From contig JAQGDQ010000777.1 in the NCBI GenBank assembly GCA_030141605.1, positions 32,763 through 96,762 of the forward strand: a stretch of 64,000 nt of DNA. The letters run 5' to 3'. Source of the stretch: Tubiluchus corallicola (lineage: Eukaryota > Animalia > Priapulida). The notes under the pieces are model-generated. The model had not been told where the DNA came from. It ran no database searches and saw only the letters and a program-made list of their open reading frames with translations. Below are positions 1 through 13,095 of the stretch, piece by piece (within the stretch, counting starts at the first letter, position 1; each line of letters opens with the position of its first letter). Position numbers and translations under genes: made by a program.

Positions 1-593
1 TATTAATCGCCCATCGCTACATTTAACAAATAAAAATAAGCAATGAAGTAAACAAATTGTTTGTCGTTTCCATGACGAAGCAACTCCTTTCATAGCAACA
101 ACTCTCGCGGTCAAGACTGAAGATGCACAGAATAATAAGACAGCTCAGAGGCATATTAATCGATAGACTAACTAGGCTATAGCCTAGGACGCCAAAGTTT
201 GAAGGTGTCACATTTTACTGAAAAAAGGGCACATTTTATAACACACCACAGGCAGTTACTGAGGACACCTTTTAGATAAGTGCCACTTAATGAACAAGTG
301 CAAGGTATTACACAAACAAGCAGTTGCACAGCCAGCTTGAATATAAACACTATGCAAATACATGTAATTTATAATCACCACATTATTATAACTATAGCAA
401 ACTAGGTTAATAGTGTTTCTAATACACCACAAGTAATTGTTGAAACTGCATATTAGCAAGAGCTGTGGAAATATATGTAATTTATAATGACCACGTACAA
501 ACTGGGTTAATAGTGTTTCTAATACACCTCAAGTAATTGTTTAATCTACTCATTCACAACAGAGATGGGTGAGACAGAACTATCAGCCTAGGG

Positions 594-880
594 CAGGGAT
601 GAGAATGACAAATTGCAAAAAGCTCTGAAACAGGCCAGGGGTTTGAAGGTCGAGTAGGCTTTATGGGGGTTCTTTCAAGGGGGGTGAAACCCCCTTGGAG
701 CCAGCAACAAATTGCAATTTTGTGACCATATGGAGCCTCTAAGCGGACTTAAGCGGTCAGCTTATGAAATAATGTACTGGATCCGTAGAAATTTTCTCAA
801 CGAATTTACGCGACTTACAAAAATGGTAAGCCTTCCAAAAACTCGGAATTTCACGTACCCACGGAAAATTCTCATCCCTG
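594..880. mobile_element. hAT-type MITE, internally deleted copy
   Basis: TIR CAGGGATGAGAAT / ATTCTCATCCCTG; perfect 8-bp TSD gcctaggg. Confidence 0.9.
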
Positions 881-929
881 GCCTAGGGCGTCGTAAAGTT
901 GTGACACGCCCCTGAGAGAGCCAGCTTAC

Positions 930-1092
930 CTAGGAAGTAGTCACGAAACTCTCTGGTATTTGCCAAAGCCTGTAGAACACTGTTCATGAAACAGGTGTTG
1001 CCTAAGTTGTCCAAACCCGTGAAACCGGGCGTCACGACTTGCTCTGTTGCCTTTTGCGCCTTACTGAGTGGCGCCACCGTGCAAGTCGGTTT
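930..1092 (-). CDS. USP19: USP19 exon: start of the USP domain, catalytic Cys box
   Basis: tttcag|[54 protein letters not shown]|gtaagc; phase 0 to 1. Confidence 0.95.
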
Positions 1093-4000
1093 CTGAAACG
1101 TAACAAAGCGCGTTGTAATTTCCAACAAATTAATGGTTAACACAAAATCGGCAGCCTACCAAACTCTCGTAATGCTGCGGTGCCCAAGTGATTCACTGAC
1201 TGAATGAATGACCCACTTTACATTGTTGAAGTTTAAAGTGCCTTTGTACAATCAGCATTCTCTTCCCGGAATGACTCTGTTTTTCAGAACAAAAACGGAA
1301 TTACTGAAACAGGGTTGGCTCGCTCACGTCGTGAAAAGATTGTTATAGAATCGACTCGTTGTTAGCGGGGATTCTCTTAACAAAACCCTGTTGTTTTTCA
1401 AACTCTTCTCGACATTCCCAAGAGTACATACGAGGTTGCCTCGTTAAAGGACAAGGAAAGGGGCACTTGAAGTAGGTTTCAGAAAAACTGCCTTAAAAAA
1501 TTATACTACTTTACAGCAATTTTATGCACATATTTCGCGTTGAAAGGAATTTTCGCTCATTTTCATTTTAATCCTCCCGACGGCGTCATTACATGACGTC
1601 ACTATGCAAACATGAATCAGGGGAAGAAAAGGCAATGTTAAATTATGACCCAAAAAGCTTTCCGTGTAAATCTATATTACTTGGCATTTCATTTTCCTGC
1701 TGGAATGACTTATGTAACGAAACTAATAATTGAAAATTTTTGCGCTAATTAGTAAAATGTCGCTGACTCACCCTCCAGGGTGCACCACTCACAAGCCAAA
1801 AAACGTATTTTTAATCTTATTGCCAAGATACAGTGATTTAAAATTTTACTTAATTAGCAACATGTGCGCTACAAATGCTCTGATTATTTTTTCAAACTTC
1901 ACTCAATGTTATGAAAACTTGTTTCAAACGACCTACCATTAAAATGACTGCGCCTAACGGTCATCGTGGGAGTCTAAATTTACACGTGTTATACAGCATG
2001 ACTGCCGATTGAAGCCTTGCATACGAAAAGGTAGTACGTAAGTGGTATAAAATTTCGAGGCGAATGTTTTAAGCTTGATGTAAGTGGAGGGTTGTCTTGT
2101 GCTTTAATAGATTTAAATCAGTTGGAAATTTCCTCTGCAATAATACTTTAACTAAACCAACCAACCAAACAACCAGCCCACCAGCCAGCCAGCCATCCAA
2201 CCAACCAACCTCCCACCAACCAAAAAACAATCAACCAACAATCACCCAATCAAGTAATCGATTAACTAATCAAATAATCAATGAATTCATTAAAGACAAA
2301 CCTTGGTGGTGTTCAATCGCTCGCCGACTTTGTTTGAATCCTCCACGTCGGGAAGCGGAATTGCGGCGTTTGACGATGCGGTAGCCGATGCTGTAGCACT
2401 GGACGGAAAAGTCGGTCCAGAAAGAGGAACCCAGGTGTTCGATGGCCCAGCAGTTGCCGCTAAATAAGAAATTAAAGAAAATGCTAAATGTTGGAAGAGG
2501 ATTAATAGCACTCCATGGTTGAAAATGTGTGCTTGCAAACCAAAACCATCCATAAGTCGGCATAGTTAAAACTACGTTGTGGGGTCTCAAAGTAAAATGT
2601 ACCAAAAATTTGGTCAAATGTTAATTTGTTTTTTTTAATAAAAACAAACTCTAAATATATTGGACGTTTATATTCTAGTTTCAAATTATCAAAAAAATGT
2701 TAAGAAAAATACTAAAAATCAAATTTTATAACTCCTGTACGAATTTTTCTGTCTAGAAACTAGAACTGCAATTGAAAAAAACTCGTAGTTTCAAACTCCG
2801 ATAGTGGTGCGTGGAAGCAATGATTTTGCTTGTGAATTTTTCTGCTGCCAAGCTCAGATCTTTGTTTGGAAGACCCATCTGCTGGATTTAAACATAACTT
2901 CAACTTGTTCGTGCAAAGTCCATAGCAACCAACATTTAAGTGGTTGCTAAGTGTTTTGTAGAAACGTGACAAAAAACAATGGCTGACTTTGACAGCGATT
3001 TTCTAAAGGCTACGTTTGTCAGTGCGTAACCTGCACCTCAACTTCAACGCGAATTATCTCAGCTTAGAAATAACATAGAGCGATGAACTTGGTATCAAAA
3101 TGATCCTCGTGAAATAGAGATACAGGATATGTGAATAACTAGAAAAACTATAGCGACTTATGGATGATTTTGCTATGCAGGCACACAAACGGACCTTCAA
3201 TTAAACGTGGATTATCTTAGCTTAGAAATAATACAGACCAATGAACTTGGTATGAAAATGATCTTCATGAAACGGAGATTAAGGATACGTGAATAACTAG
3301 AAAAACTTAATTGCCGACTTATGGACGATTTTGCTATGCAAGCACACAATTCAATATTCATTAATTGCAGGATTTGTTTTAATAACTTTTTCCATTTTAA
3401 TTATCTCGGATTGAGAAATTTTTGTAGGGAGCATTCCAGAACAGCACACCCTGCAGCAAAAAATATAAAAGCAAAATAAGGAAAAAATAATAACAAACGA
3501 ACAACCAACTAAACACACAAAAGTGAGGGAACAACACCGCAACATTAATCGTTTGAACCAAAAACAAAAGCGAAAAAAATATGGCGGCTCTTAGTTAAAA
3601 TTAGTGAGGTGCTGCTTCAGAAAATTGTTACAGATTGCTTTAATACTGTATAAAACGAAACAAACATACGTAATTTTAATGTTGTAACTTTTAACTGTAA
3701 GTTTAAACACACACGAACACAAACAAATTGATAAAATCCTAAACAAAAAAATTGTTTGCTTACGAATAGCCTAAATTGTCGCAGTTCAAGAATATGCCGG
3801 TACACGGATTTTAAGCACGTGACAACTGACAACAAACACTGCGTGAGCGACAGTACTTTTTCTACCTAAAGTACAGCTTCTTATCTCAAGCATGTGCACA
3901 TGATTGCTGGAGCTGTGAGCACATTGTACTGGAGCTGTGAAGCAAATAGTACTACCCTCACGTGCAAACACGCCAAATTTACACTTTATCATATGAACCT

Positions 4001-7000
4001 TCATACATAAACTTGATAAAATCCTAAACAAAAAATGTTTTATGCTTATTAATAGCCTAAATTGTCATAGTCAAGCTTGAACCTTTCACGGTAGACACGT
4101 GACAACTGACAACAAACTGTGTGAGCGACAGTACTTTGTCTACCTGAGCTGAGTCATGTGCACATGACCGATTGCGCACAACAGTCAAACACCGCGTTGC
4201 CGGAGCGCACTGTGTTGGGCTGCAAAGCAAACAGTTTCACCCTCACATGCTCCGGTTAAGTACACGTATAAAGAAAGAACTAAAGAAAAAAGACTTATTA
4301 TATTGAATATTATCAATAATATAGAGTGAAAACAGGGGGCGCTGCAGTTCAATAGTATGCGCCTCCACTAGTTTTTGCGTATATGCTTACTGATTGGGTT
4401 TTTTCTCCAGTGTGATTATTTTCTCTGTGTACAATGTGTATGTCTTTATGGAATTCATGTTTCATTAAATTCAATTCTGAATGTTGGGTGGCTCGTGTTT
4501 GAACTCAGCCAGCTTGTATCAGCTGATACAGATACTTACATAGGCCTAGATACTGCCATGTTGCCTCTTAAAAGTTTTTCTCTCTGTTTTCCTCGATATA
4601 GTATGTCATGATGTCAATACATGATTTCTGAACAAAGTCGTTAAGATTTGCAGTACAGTCAACCTCGGATATAAGGGACACCTCCGCACCGGAAAAACCG
4701 TCCCTTAGATCCGATGTCCCTTATAATCGAGTTGAGTCAGACCGAGGTTGTATCTAGACCTGTACTTTTCTGTACTTTTACGTATATTTTTATGGATTAT
4801 TGCTACATATTTAGTGCTAACGGTATGTAGGAAGCTCCTTCAGTGATGTGAGATGTATGTGACGGCGGAAACCGAGCTGTTTGAAGGCCGAGTTTGAAAA
4901 AAATTGAGGTTAAAAATCGATCAATTTCGTTTTGATCATCGGGTCCCTTATGTGCGAGGTAATTTACCTGGGTTTCTATTACGCTGGGCCTGAAGATATC
5001 ATCCCTTACATCTGAGTACCTTATATTTGGTTTTTGTGTATCTGTGTACAGACCTGTTGATCTGGGTTTTCCCTAGCATGTTTATTTTCCCTGTGTGTAA
5101 TGTGTATGTCTACATGAGTATGAGCCGCCACTGGAAAAGAAAGCACGAGTCTTCTGTCTTTATCAGTCGCCTAAAGTGCCTAAATGCCAGAGTTTTACGT
5201 TACCTATGAACAAGTTCTGACCGTTTGCGGCGAAAGCAATAAATTTCCAGGTTTTGCTTCAAATTTGGTGATTACAATTTCATTTCATTATGTGGAAAGA
5301 CATACAAGCATACAGACGCGATTAAACTCACGTTTCACTGTTAAATGCACTTACAATGCGTGGCCGCCTCCAGGGCCGGCCAGTGTCGACCATCCTTCTT
5401 CTTCAGCTGAATCTCTATCATCGAGTTCGTTATCTTCCACTTGCATTCTTCCGGGTAGATCTGATCGCGAAGTTTCACCGTCCAGGAGAACACAGTGTCA
5501 CTGTTAGCACGGGGGTGCAGAGCCAAAAACTTTGAATCCCTTCAAAAATAGAAATGCAAATAAAAAATTCGGCACATTCTACGTTACCGTGAGTCCAATA
5601 CACGTCTACTGCATTAGCTTAGCATCGGCAAATACGGACAATCAGGAAATTCAGACCGACGGTCTCCCCGCTTTTGTCCACCAAACCGAGATACGAGTGT
5701 ACTTATTATTACTTACTTTGTGGAAAAAAGAACATGGAAGGATTGCTGCTCAAACTCAACAATTAGACTGGCAGGATCGATGCATTTCACGTACATGTTC
5801 ACCATCATGTCAGTTTGCTACAAAACAAAAACGTAATTACATCATATGTCGAAATAAAACATTACAGCAGGCACTGATAATATGGTCATTTTCTTAAGGA
5901 AAATCGAACCAATGAGTAGACTCAATCTTACTCTAATTAATCGTTCAAAATATACATTTTCTTGTTGTTTCTTATATTTAAATGATTAGCTTAAAAAGTT
6001 AATTAATGGCAACCGAACACGGGTATTGCTTACGTCAGAAACTAGCCACAGTTTGTGCAATGGCAGACGTCTTCCCCTGCGCGCCAAGCTCATTTGTGTA
6101 AGTGTTACTGCTTAAATGCGTGATGTCACTAAAATGGGCTCTACATCATATGACATCAGAAACTAACACTGCAGTTCATGATCATGGTTATCACGGTACC
6201 GCCTTCTATTTGTCGGCCATGCGAATGTGACAAAAAGGCGCCGCTGCCAATCTTAGTAGATCCACTGAACCGCGCGTAGCTTTGAAATTACGCATTACAT
6301 CAATTAACCAAAGTTGAAATTCAATACAACAGTAAATGTGTGTTTGCGTAGCAAAATCGTCGATAAGGTAGCAATTCCAGTTATTCACATATCCTGAATC
6401 TCCATTTCATGAGGATCATTCACTGATTCATAAGGAACAACACATATTAAAATCTGTAACCTAGTAGTAGCTAAACAGGCATCACAGGCATACGCTACTA
6501 CATCATGATATAGCTGCAAGCGTTACGTTACAGAATTGCTTTAGCGTTACGCACCTTTTCGTAGAAGTTGTGCTTGACGTGGTTTATCACGTAAAGGTTT
6601 TTGGCTGCCTCATCCTCCTAAAAACCAGCAAAAAAAGAAACGAAAGCAATTAGTATTTGACACGAACTAGTGTGAACTTGCCTTTCAGTAAACGTTTAGA
6701 ATTCGATGAGAATTGGTTTTGCCATGACAACTTGTCTCTTCACTGGCTGCCTTACCACGGCAGAAAAGCTATTGTGTCTGTCTATGTAGAACTACAGACT
6801 TATAATAATAATAATAACTTTATTTAAAGTTATGTTTTGGGTCAACAATTAACATTAGCTCAAAGAGCTATTATCGCCGACTGTAAATAACAACCTACAA
6901 CTACATAACTGAGGCTATTATTACCCCACTTTTACCCTAAATACCACGCGTCAGGCGGGGCAACAGCAGGTACCATTTTTAAAAACTTTGGTATGACCTG

Positions 7001-10000
7001 GCCACTGGTTCGAACTCACGACCTCCCAGACGGAAAGCAGACGCATTATCACTAGACTAAACCGTCCGGTCTAAAGACATATTCTTTTTGTAAGAAATTG
7101 GAAACCACAATGTCACAAGTCAAAACAGCACAAGAGAACAGAAGAACCCATTTCTTTTGCATACGTCATAAAGAGTTAAGACCTTTGGCACAAGAGGCTG
7201 AATTTAGCTATACTAAATGCCATTATACATCGAGTCCAACTATTGATGACATCACAAACTAACATAATTTTCAACAGCGAAAATATTCTGAGCGTATTTG
7301 CACATGTTTGCTACAAGTACAAAGCTACTGTAAGGTATTCAGTGTGTTGAACTAAAACTAGGCAAGTTTTAAGATAAAAATTCAAATTTCAAATTTACCG
7401 CTGTGTTTACGCATGAGCTGTTGAACGTGTGTAGTTTGTCAGAAACACATCTGAACTGAGAAGTACAGTACCTGTTTTTGTGCTATGTGTTTTCGAAATG
7501 CAGGCACTAGTGCCCGTCTAACTAGCGAATAGCAAAATGCATGTAATAGAGAAGAACTAGTGGCGTGAACGAGAAATTGTGTTTGTGTGATAATAACTGT
7601 TCCACGTAAGTGATTTTTGAAAAATAGTGTGTTTCCTTTCAATGATGTAAAGAGTAGATTGGTTTGAGTTACAGTTGGGTCTGGTTTTGCTTTAGGAAGT
7701 AATTACTTGTTGTGAGCACCTCATATGATTGTGAATTCAGAAAAAGAAAAAGAAGTAAAGGAACAGAACAAAAAAGTTGGAAGAAAATGGAAAGAGAGGT
7801 GTGACGGTAACTGTATGAAATGACAGGAACTATAGAAACTGACATTGATGAATCCCGTCAGGGGCAGCAAAACTCAGCCTAAAGCTTACATAATTACACT
7901 TGTATCTCGGTTTGCACGACAAAAAGGGGGGAGACCGTCGGTCCGAACTTGCCAAATGTTCGTAAATATCCGATACAGAGTTAATACAGTAGTCGTCGTG
8001 TATTAGACTCATGGTGATGTACAATCAATCTGGTACGGGCTGCTCTTATGCAAAGGTACATAAAAACTGTCTGCATTTGACTCACATAACTCCACATAAT
8101 TGACTCTAAACACTGACTCTAATACACACTCTGATTAAACCACTTAAACATGCTTAAACTAAGATTTCTGCTATTACCTATCAGCTATTAGTACTGCGTG
8201 ATGCTAGACATAGACATAGAACATTTATTTTCTCCAATTAGTTTAACATCAAAAGTTTTTTAAATATTAAGTAATTATAATCATGGAGCAGGGCAGGGAA
8301 GGACCATAGGGTCATCTAGTCTCCTGTCCTTTCTTACAAATAGATTAGTATATTAAAAATTAACGGTGATGCTGCAGATAACAAAAACAAAAACAAATAA
8401 GAAAAAAAAAACAGTACAAATTTTCAAAAAAAAACTAAAAACAAAAAATAATAAAGTTAGATACCTAAATCTAAACAAAACAATATAATTATTCAGCAAT
8501 TAGGATTATTATATGTAGTAGTTTAAAATGGGGTCTTATTAACAGGCGAATTTGACCCAGGTTAGTGAGTAAAGTTAAAAACTGAGAGTATGGAAAGAAA
8601 AATAAGCATCAAAAAAGTGTAATATAGAAAAATTTATGCGAAAAAGTAAGCATGAGAAAGAGCAACAATTACTTAGGAGATGAGGAGAAAAAAGAAAAAG
8701 AAGCATACAAGCAACGCATGTGTCAACACATAGTGTTTAGTTACACTAATGTAATGATGCAAACAAAGTGAAGGCCTGCCAACTAGCAGTCAGCTCGCGA
8801 AGCAATGGACTGTGTCCGTAAGTATACAGGACTTTACACGGTCAAGATTTTGTCCGATATCCGTAAAAGCGAGGTCCGGCAAACTGAGTTATGAGTTTAG
8901 TTTTTTGCATATTTTCGATATAATTTAAAGCACTCCAAACCACCATGTGTTATTTAACAAAAGAGCCTCGTTACCACATTCAAATAAGTTCAGAATCATT
9001 AAAAACCTCGCCAAGAGATGGAGCCACACCAGTGCACAAAAGCTCAGAAAACCACACAAATATAGCGACACAATTTTCAAATGGATTGTGATCGTAGTAT
9101 GCGGGATTTCATATCAATAAAAGCGAAGTTCAGCAAACCAAGATACGAGTGTACAAAAACTGACTATTCCAACACAGTGCTGTAATTCACCATGGATGAG
9201 ATTGACAAATTGCAAAAAACTCTGAAGCAGCCCGGGGGTTTGGGGACTGCGTAGGCAGCAACAAATTGCAATTTTGTGACCACAGAGAACTTCTAAGTGG
9301 ACTTAAAATATCAATTACCTTGTTTCATGCATGATTTCAAATACCCAAATACCCAATTGTCTGAAAAACGCTTAAGTACTGGCCGCTCCTATGCAAAAGT
9401 ATATAAAAACTGTCTGCAATTGACTCAAATAACTCCGCACAATTGATTCTATATTTTTATACATAGAGATAAACACGTGGTTACACTGATGTATGGGATG
9501 TAAACAAAGTGACGGCCTGCCAACTAGTGGTCAGCTTGTGAAATAATGTACTGGGTCCGTAAAAATTTTCTCAACAAATTTATGCGATTTACAATAATGA
9601 CACTACTGGTCTTCCAAAAACTCGGAATTCCGCGGAAAATTCTCATCCCTGATTCTAGCACATAGTGGCTAAAACAAAATTAACGGGAAAAGCTCATTTA
9701 TCCAGCCCACAAATTTAAACAACCTCAAGTTGGGGCCACTCTTCCTCCGCTCCTTTCTCCAAGCAGAACGTAAAAGAGGAGCCTTCGTACTGTCCACTGC
9801 TGCTGTCCGGTTCTATATACGCGTAAAGGCTACAGCTCCATGTCCGCCCATCTATAATGGATAAAATACAATGAACAGAAAGGTAGTGACAAGCTATTTG
9901 AGTCTAATGTACCAATTTAGATGACAACAAAGGAATAAGGTATTTGCAATTCGTACGTGTCAAGCTCACATGTCTTTCTTTGTCCAATAAATTATAAGTA

Positions 10001-13000
10001 TGTCAAGGTCACATGATTTTCTTATCCAATAAATTATAAATACACCTCAAGGTCACATGACTTTCTTTGTCCAATAAATTATAAGTCAATTACATTATTT
10101 TGCAGAAATTCAGTTCTTTTTTAAAATGCTTCAAAGCATAAAAATAGACAGACAGGCAGATAGATAGACAGAGAGGAGACACGTCAAACCTTTTAGTTTT
10201 AGCTTGCAAGAGTTAGCTAAGATGGTAGCCTCTATGTCCTTGTTTTCAAGCCCGGCGCCAATCTCAACCTTGATGATCACGCGCGAGTCACTCTGATTCC
10301 AACCACAGAGCAGTTCATCTAACACAAACAAATAAACAAATAGTAAACAACTACACAAATAAATAACCTTTATGATCAGTTCATCTAACACAAATAAACA
10401 AACAAATAGTAAGCAACTACACAAATAAATAACCTTTATGATAAATAACAAAAACAAATAGTAAATAATTACGCAAATAAATCAAATTAGCTTTAACAGA
10501 CACAGAACATTAATTAGCTTTTCGACTTACTATCTACTAACCACCAATAAGCATTTTTACTATTAAAAAAAATAAGGGAAGACAAGTTGATTTTTCATAT
10601 ACTACTTCATTTTCAAGTCCGATAAAAAGTGTACATTTTAACGCAATTAATACTGCAAAAGTGCTTTTGATATCACAAATGAACATAATTTTCAACAGCA
10701 AAAATATTCCGCGAGCATCTTGTGCTTGTTTGTGATGGAGAAAATTGAAGTACAGCGCTACTGTAAAAGATTCAGTGTGTTGTACTAAAACTGGGTAAGT
10801 TTTAAGATAGAAATCCAAATTTACTGTTGCACTCACGCATGACCTTTCGAGCATGTGCAGTTCGTCACAAACTAACACATCTCAACTGACAGCCACAGCA
10901 CCTGTTTTTTTGCATCATGCATTTCTGAAATGCTGGCGCTAGTGCCCGTCTAACCAGCAAATGGAGAAATGCATGCAACAGCGAAGAACTAGTGGCGCAA
11001 ATGCGAAATTGTGTTTATGTGATAATAATTCTTTCACGTGAGTCATTTTTGAAAAAAAATAGTCAATTTCCTTTTAATATTTTGAAGAGTAGGTTGTTTT
11101 GTCTCGCAGTTTAAGATTGGGTCCGGTTTTGCTCTAAGCCAAAATACCAAAGACACGACGTTGTAAGAAAATCACAAGTTTCCATTGACTTGGCATACTA
11201 TGATTAAACGATGATAATCAGTGGAAAACAAATGGTTTATGTGGCTTAGATTCATAGTCAGTAAAATCAAAAGCATAATATTGTTATAATGAGTAATAAT
11301 ATTTTGTGTTGTGCTGTATTGCATTATCTACGGCCATATCACGTTGAAAACACCGGCTCTCGTCTGATCACCGAAGTTAAGCAGCTTAGAGCCTGGTTAG
11401 TACTTAGATGGGTGTACCACCTATCTATAGCACCTATCTAGGAATACCAGGTGCTATAGGCCTGCGGCATGCCCACACTGTATCTCGACACTAGGCGGAG
11501 GAGCTGCACAAGCAGCCAACGGCTAGAGGGCAGAGGAGGTCAAGTGTGTAGAGGAGTAAACCTTCCAATTCAGGAGTGGAGCCCCGAAGTCGGACCAGTG
11601 CAGCATGCTCAATGACTCCGGCAGCTCCTGCAGCCAACCTGGTGCCAAACGTATCGCTCCGCTTTCCTCTGTACTACACCAGGGAGGAAGAGAGGGGGTT
11701 CCTGTTGTCTGGGCAACTCAGGATCTCCATACACCTTGCCCAGGTGTGCGCGCTGGAGAGGCCACTTCAGTGGTTCAAGGATCGGATTGCTCAACCACAG
11801 TCGATGCTGCAGCTCCATCAATGTGATCAATAACTGACTCCCTTGGCGCACACTCCATTGTTTTCCGAGACAGAAGGATGCCAACAACATAATTGCACTA
11901 CATTGCATTGCACTGTAGTGTATTGCATTGTATTGTATTGTATTCATCAATAAACTCATTGCTATCACTAAAATTACAGAAAAGCACAGCTTCATAAAAA
12001 TGTTTAGCCACCAAGTCTAAGCATGATGCCACATCATAGTGAAGCCCTGTTGTTTAAGAGCACTGGTGCGGCTTGCTCGAGCAAACGTATAAAATATAGT
12101 ATAAAAGTATTAATTCTATTGCCTGATTGATGTTGTATTGCCTGTGACAGCCTCTTCACCCCACAACGTATGGTTGCCTCTGAACTCTGCTCAGCGCTCT
12201 GAACTTCCATAAAAATGTCAAATAATATTCTCGCGTTAGCCATAAAAAGGTGAAAAAATGAAAAAAACACACGGGGATTCTGCACGCTGTTACACGTGAG
12301 AATCAGGCGAGTAAGTACTAATTCACTAAATGTAATCAACAACCCAAAAGTAAATAAAGCGGCACTCTATTAGAATTCAATGGCGCATTATGACAAACAG
12401 TGCTCTTACGATACAATGATTGGCCAGTGCCTGAGTTTCACCAGTGGTGAATAAGTTAATGAAATAATAGAATATTAACGTCCAATAAGTTTAGAATATG
12501 TTATAAAAAAACGAAAAATTGATATTTAACCCAAGTTATGTATAACAAAATATGTCTATATATATATCAAGTAATTTTAGGTCATTTGAGCAAACAATTG
12601 ATTTATTCAGTCAGATGAACTAGGATTTCGCCTGAACAAAGTTAAGTTCAGCATTATCTCAATTATTAAATAAATAATATTGTGTATTTTTGCATAATTC
12701 TATACACAAAGTATTGATGAGCAATCGTAAGAGTAGTGTGGATCGTCATAATGTGATGAACAATCATATCGAATAGGTGATCACTCGGCGAAAATCGACT
12801 GGGACCTGGATTCTAATAAAGTGCCAAGAAAGCATTTACCGTCATCTTCGTCATTTTCCGGCTTCTCTTTCTCGACTTCCTTCTTGCTGGATTTCAACAG
12901 AGATTCGTCGTCGCCGGCGTCCAAACTGGCCTTTTCCATGCTTCGCTTTCTGCCCAGCTCAGCAACGGCCAGCGTAGGACGAACTTCACGCACGAGAGGT

Positions 13001-13095
13001 ATTTTGCTAAATGTATGGTAAGTTCTTTGCAGTCTGGGGTTCCCTAAGCTACCGACACGTTCGTGCTGGAGCCTATCACGGGTTTCTTCATGAAA
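930..13095 (-). CDS. USP19: Ubiquitin carboxyl-terminal hydrolase 19 (USP19), 5' part, spliced; continues beyond the left edge
   Basis: Eight exons with AG/GT ends and compatible phases: 13095-12840, 10318-10190, 9851-9724, 6617-6555, 5817-5717, 5539-5355, 2459-2302, 1092-930. They encode two CS (p23-like) domains followed by the USP Cys-box [28 protein letters not shown] is the USP19 architecture. Confidence 0.93.
1448..2103 (+). mobile_element. Kolobok-like non-autonomous DNA transposon (copies at ~31171-31838, 52376-52820 minus, partial 49030-49080 and 62780-63000)
   Basis: TTAA|AGGACAAG ... CTTGTGCT|TTAA; multi-copy within the window. Confidence 0.7.
2302..2459 (-). CDS. USP19: USP19 exon: linker
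   Basis: ttatttag|(S)[20 protein letters not shown]...LNTTK|gtttgt; phase 1 to 0, fits both neighbours. Confidence 0.8.
5355..5539 (-). CDS. USP19: USP19 exon: CS2 domain, C-terminal half
   Basis: gaag|[61 protein letters not shown]|gtaagt; phase 2 to 1. Confidence 0.92.
5717..5817 (-). CDS. USP19: USP19 exon: CS2 domain
   Basis: ttgtag|[33 protein letters not shown]|gtaagt; phase 0 to 2. Confidence 0.88.
6555..6617 (-). CDS. USP19: USP19 exon: start of CS2 domain
   Basis: ttttag|[21 protein letters not shown]|gtgcgt; resembles the vertebrate VKNDSYEK motif; phase 0 to 0. Confidence 0.82.
6800..7072 (-). mobile_element. tRNA-derived SINE with MESC/Meta-like core and (TTA)n tail
   Basis: A-box-like start and B box gagttcgaacc; core ggtcataccaaag..taaaaatggtacctgctg; second copy at 46731-47040. 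Confidence 0.8.
9192..9651. mobile_element. hAT-type MITE, same family (further partial copies at 45335-45820, 57990-58162, ~31000-31032)
   Basis: Shared internal sequence and the CTCATCCCTG end. Confidence 0.82.
9724..9851 (-). CDS. USP19: USP19 exon: CS1 domain, C-terminal half
   Basis: ttatag|[43 protein letters not shown]|gttgtt; ends in the CS-type K..W..L motif; phase 1 to 0. Confidence 0.85.
10190..10318 (-). CDS. USP19: USP19 exon: CS1 domain, N-terminal half
   Basis: gtgttag|[43 protein letters not shown]|gtttga; contains the CS W.Q motif; phase 1 to 1. Confidence 0.87.
10530..11137 (+). mobile_element. Third interspersed family, probably a non-autonomous DNA transposon (copies at 7245-7695, 40660-40880, 42360-42625 minus, 44984-45300)
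   Basis: Shared gatgacatcacaaactaacataattttcaacagc core; ends ttaaaggaaagccgg / ccggttttgctctaa. Confidence 0.65.
11326..11461 (+). pseudogene. 5S rRNA-derived sequence (SINE head or pseudogene)
   Basis: TCTACGGCCATATCACGTTGAAAACACCGG...GAAGTTAAGC...GGTTAGTACTT...GGAATACCAGGTGCT; carries an internal cacctatcta duplication and an altered C box. Confidence 0.88.
11326..11890 (+). mobile_element. 5S rRNA-derived SINE (SINE3 type) with RTE-like body and 3' tail
   Basis: 5S-like head with no oligo-T terminator; body recurs at 59953-60249; tail ccattgttttccgagacagaaggatgccaacaac resembles RTE 3' ends. Confidence 0.72.
12840..13095 (-). CDS. USP19: USP19 N-terminal exon (may contain the start Met of MEKASL...)
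   Basis: cgttag|[10 protein letters not shown]...[35 protein letters not shown]|gtaaat; open throughout; phase 1 donor matches the next exon. Confidence 0.72.

Noticed and set aside
7830-8030. Additional USP19 exon or LINE endonuclease remnant
   Set aside because: It is not needed for the USP19 phase chain, and the resemblance to an endonuclease SDH motif is too weak to call.
11326-11461. Functional 5S rRNA gene
   Set aside because: It has an internal duplication, an altered C box, no oligo-T terminator and is a solitary copy.
11490-11530. HDV-like ribozyme at the start of the RTE-like body
   Set aside because: A hairpin is present (gctgc-acaa-gcagc inside ctaggcg/cggctag), but I could not place P1/P3/L3 in HDV order. 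An Infernal search would be needed.
11576-11833. Conserved small protein shared with 59924-60169
   Set aside because: The similarity is explained by two copies of one repeat. Two frames are equally open and the starts are non-ATG or inconsistent.
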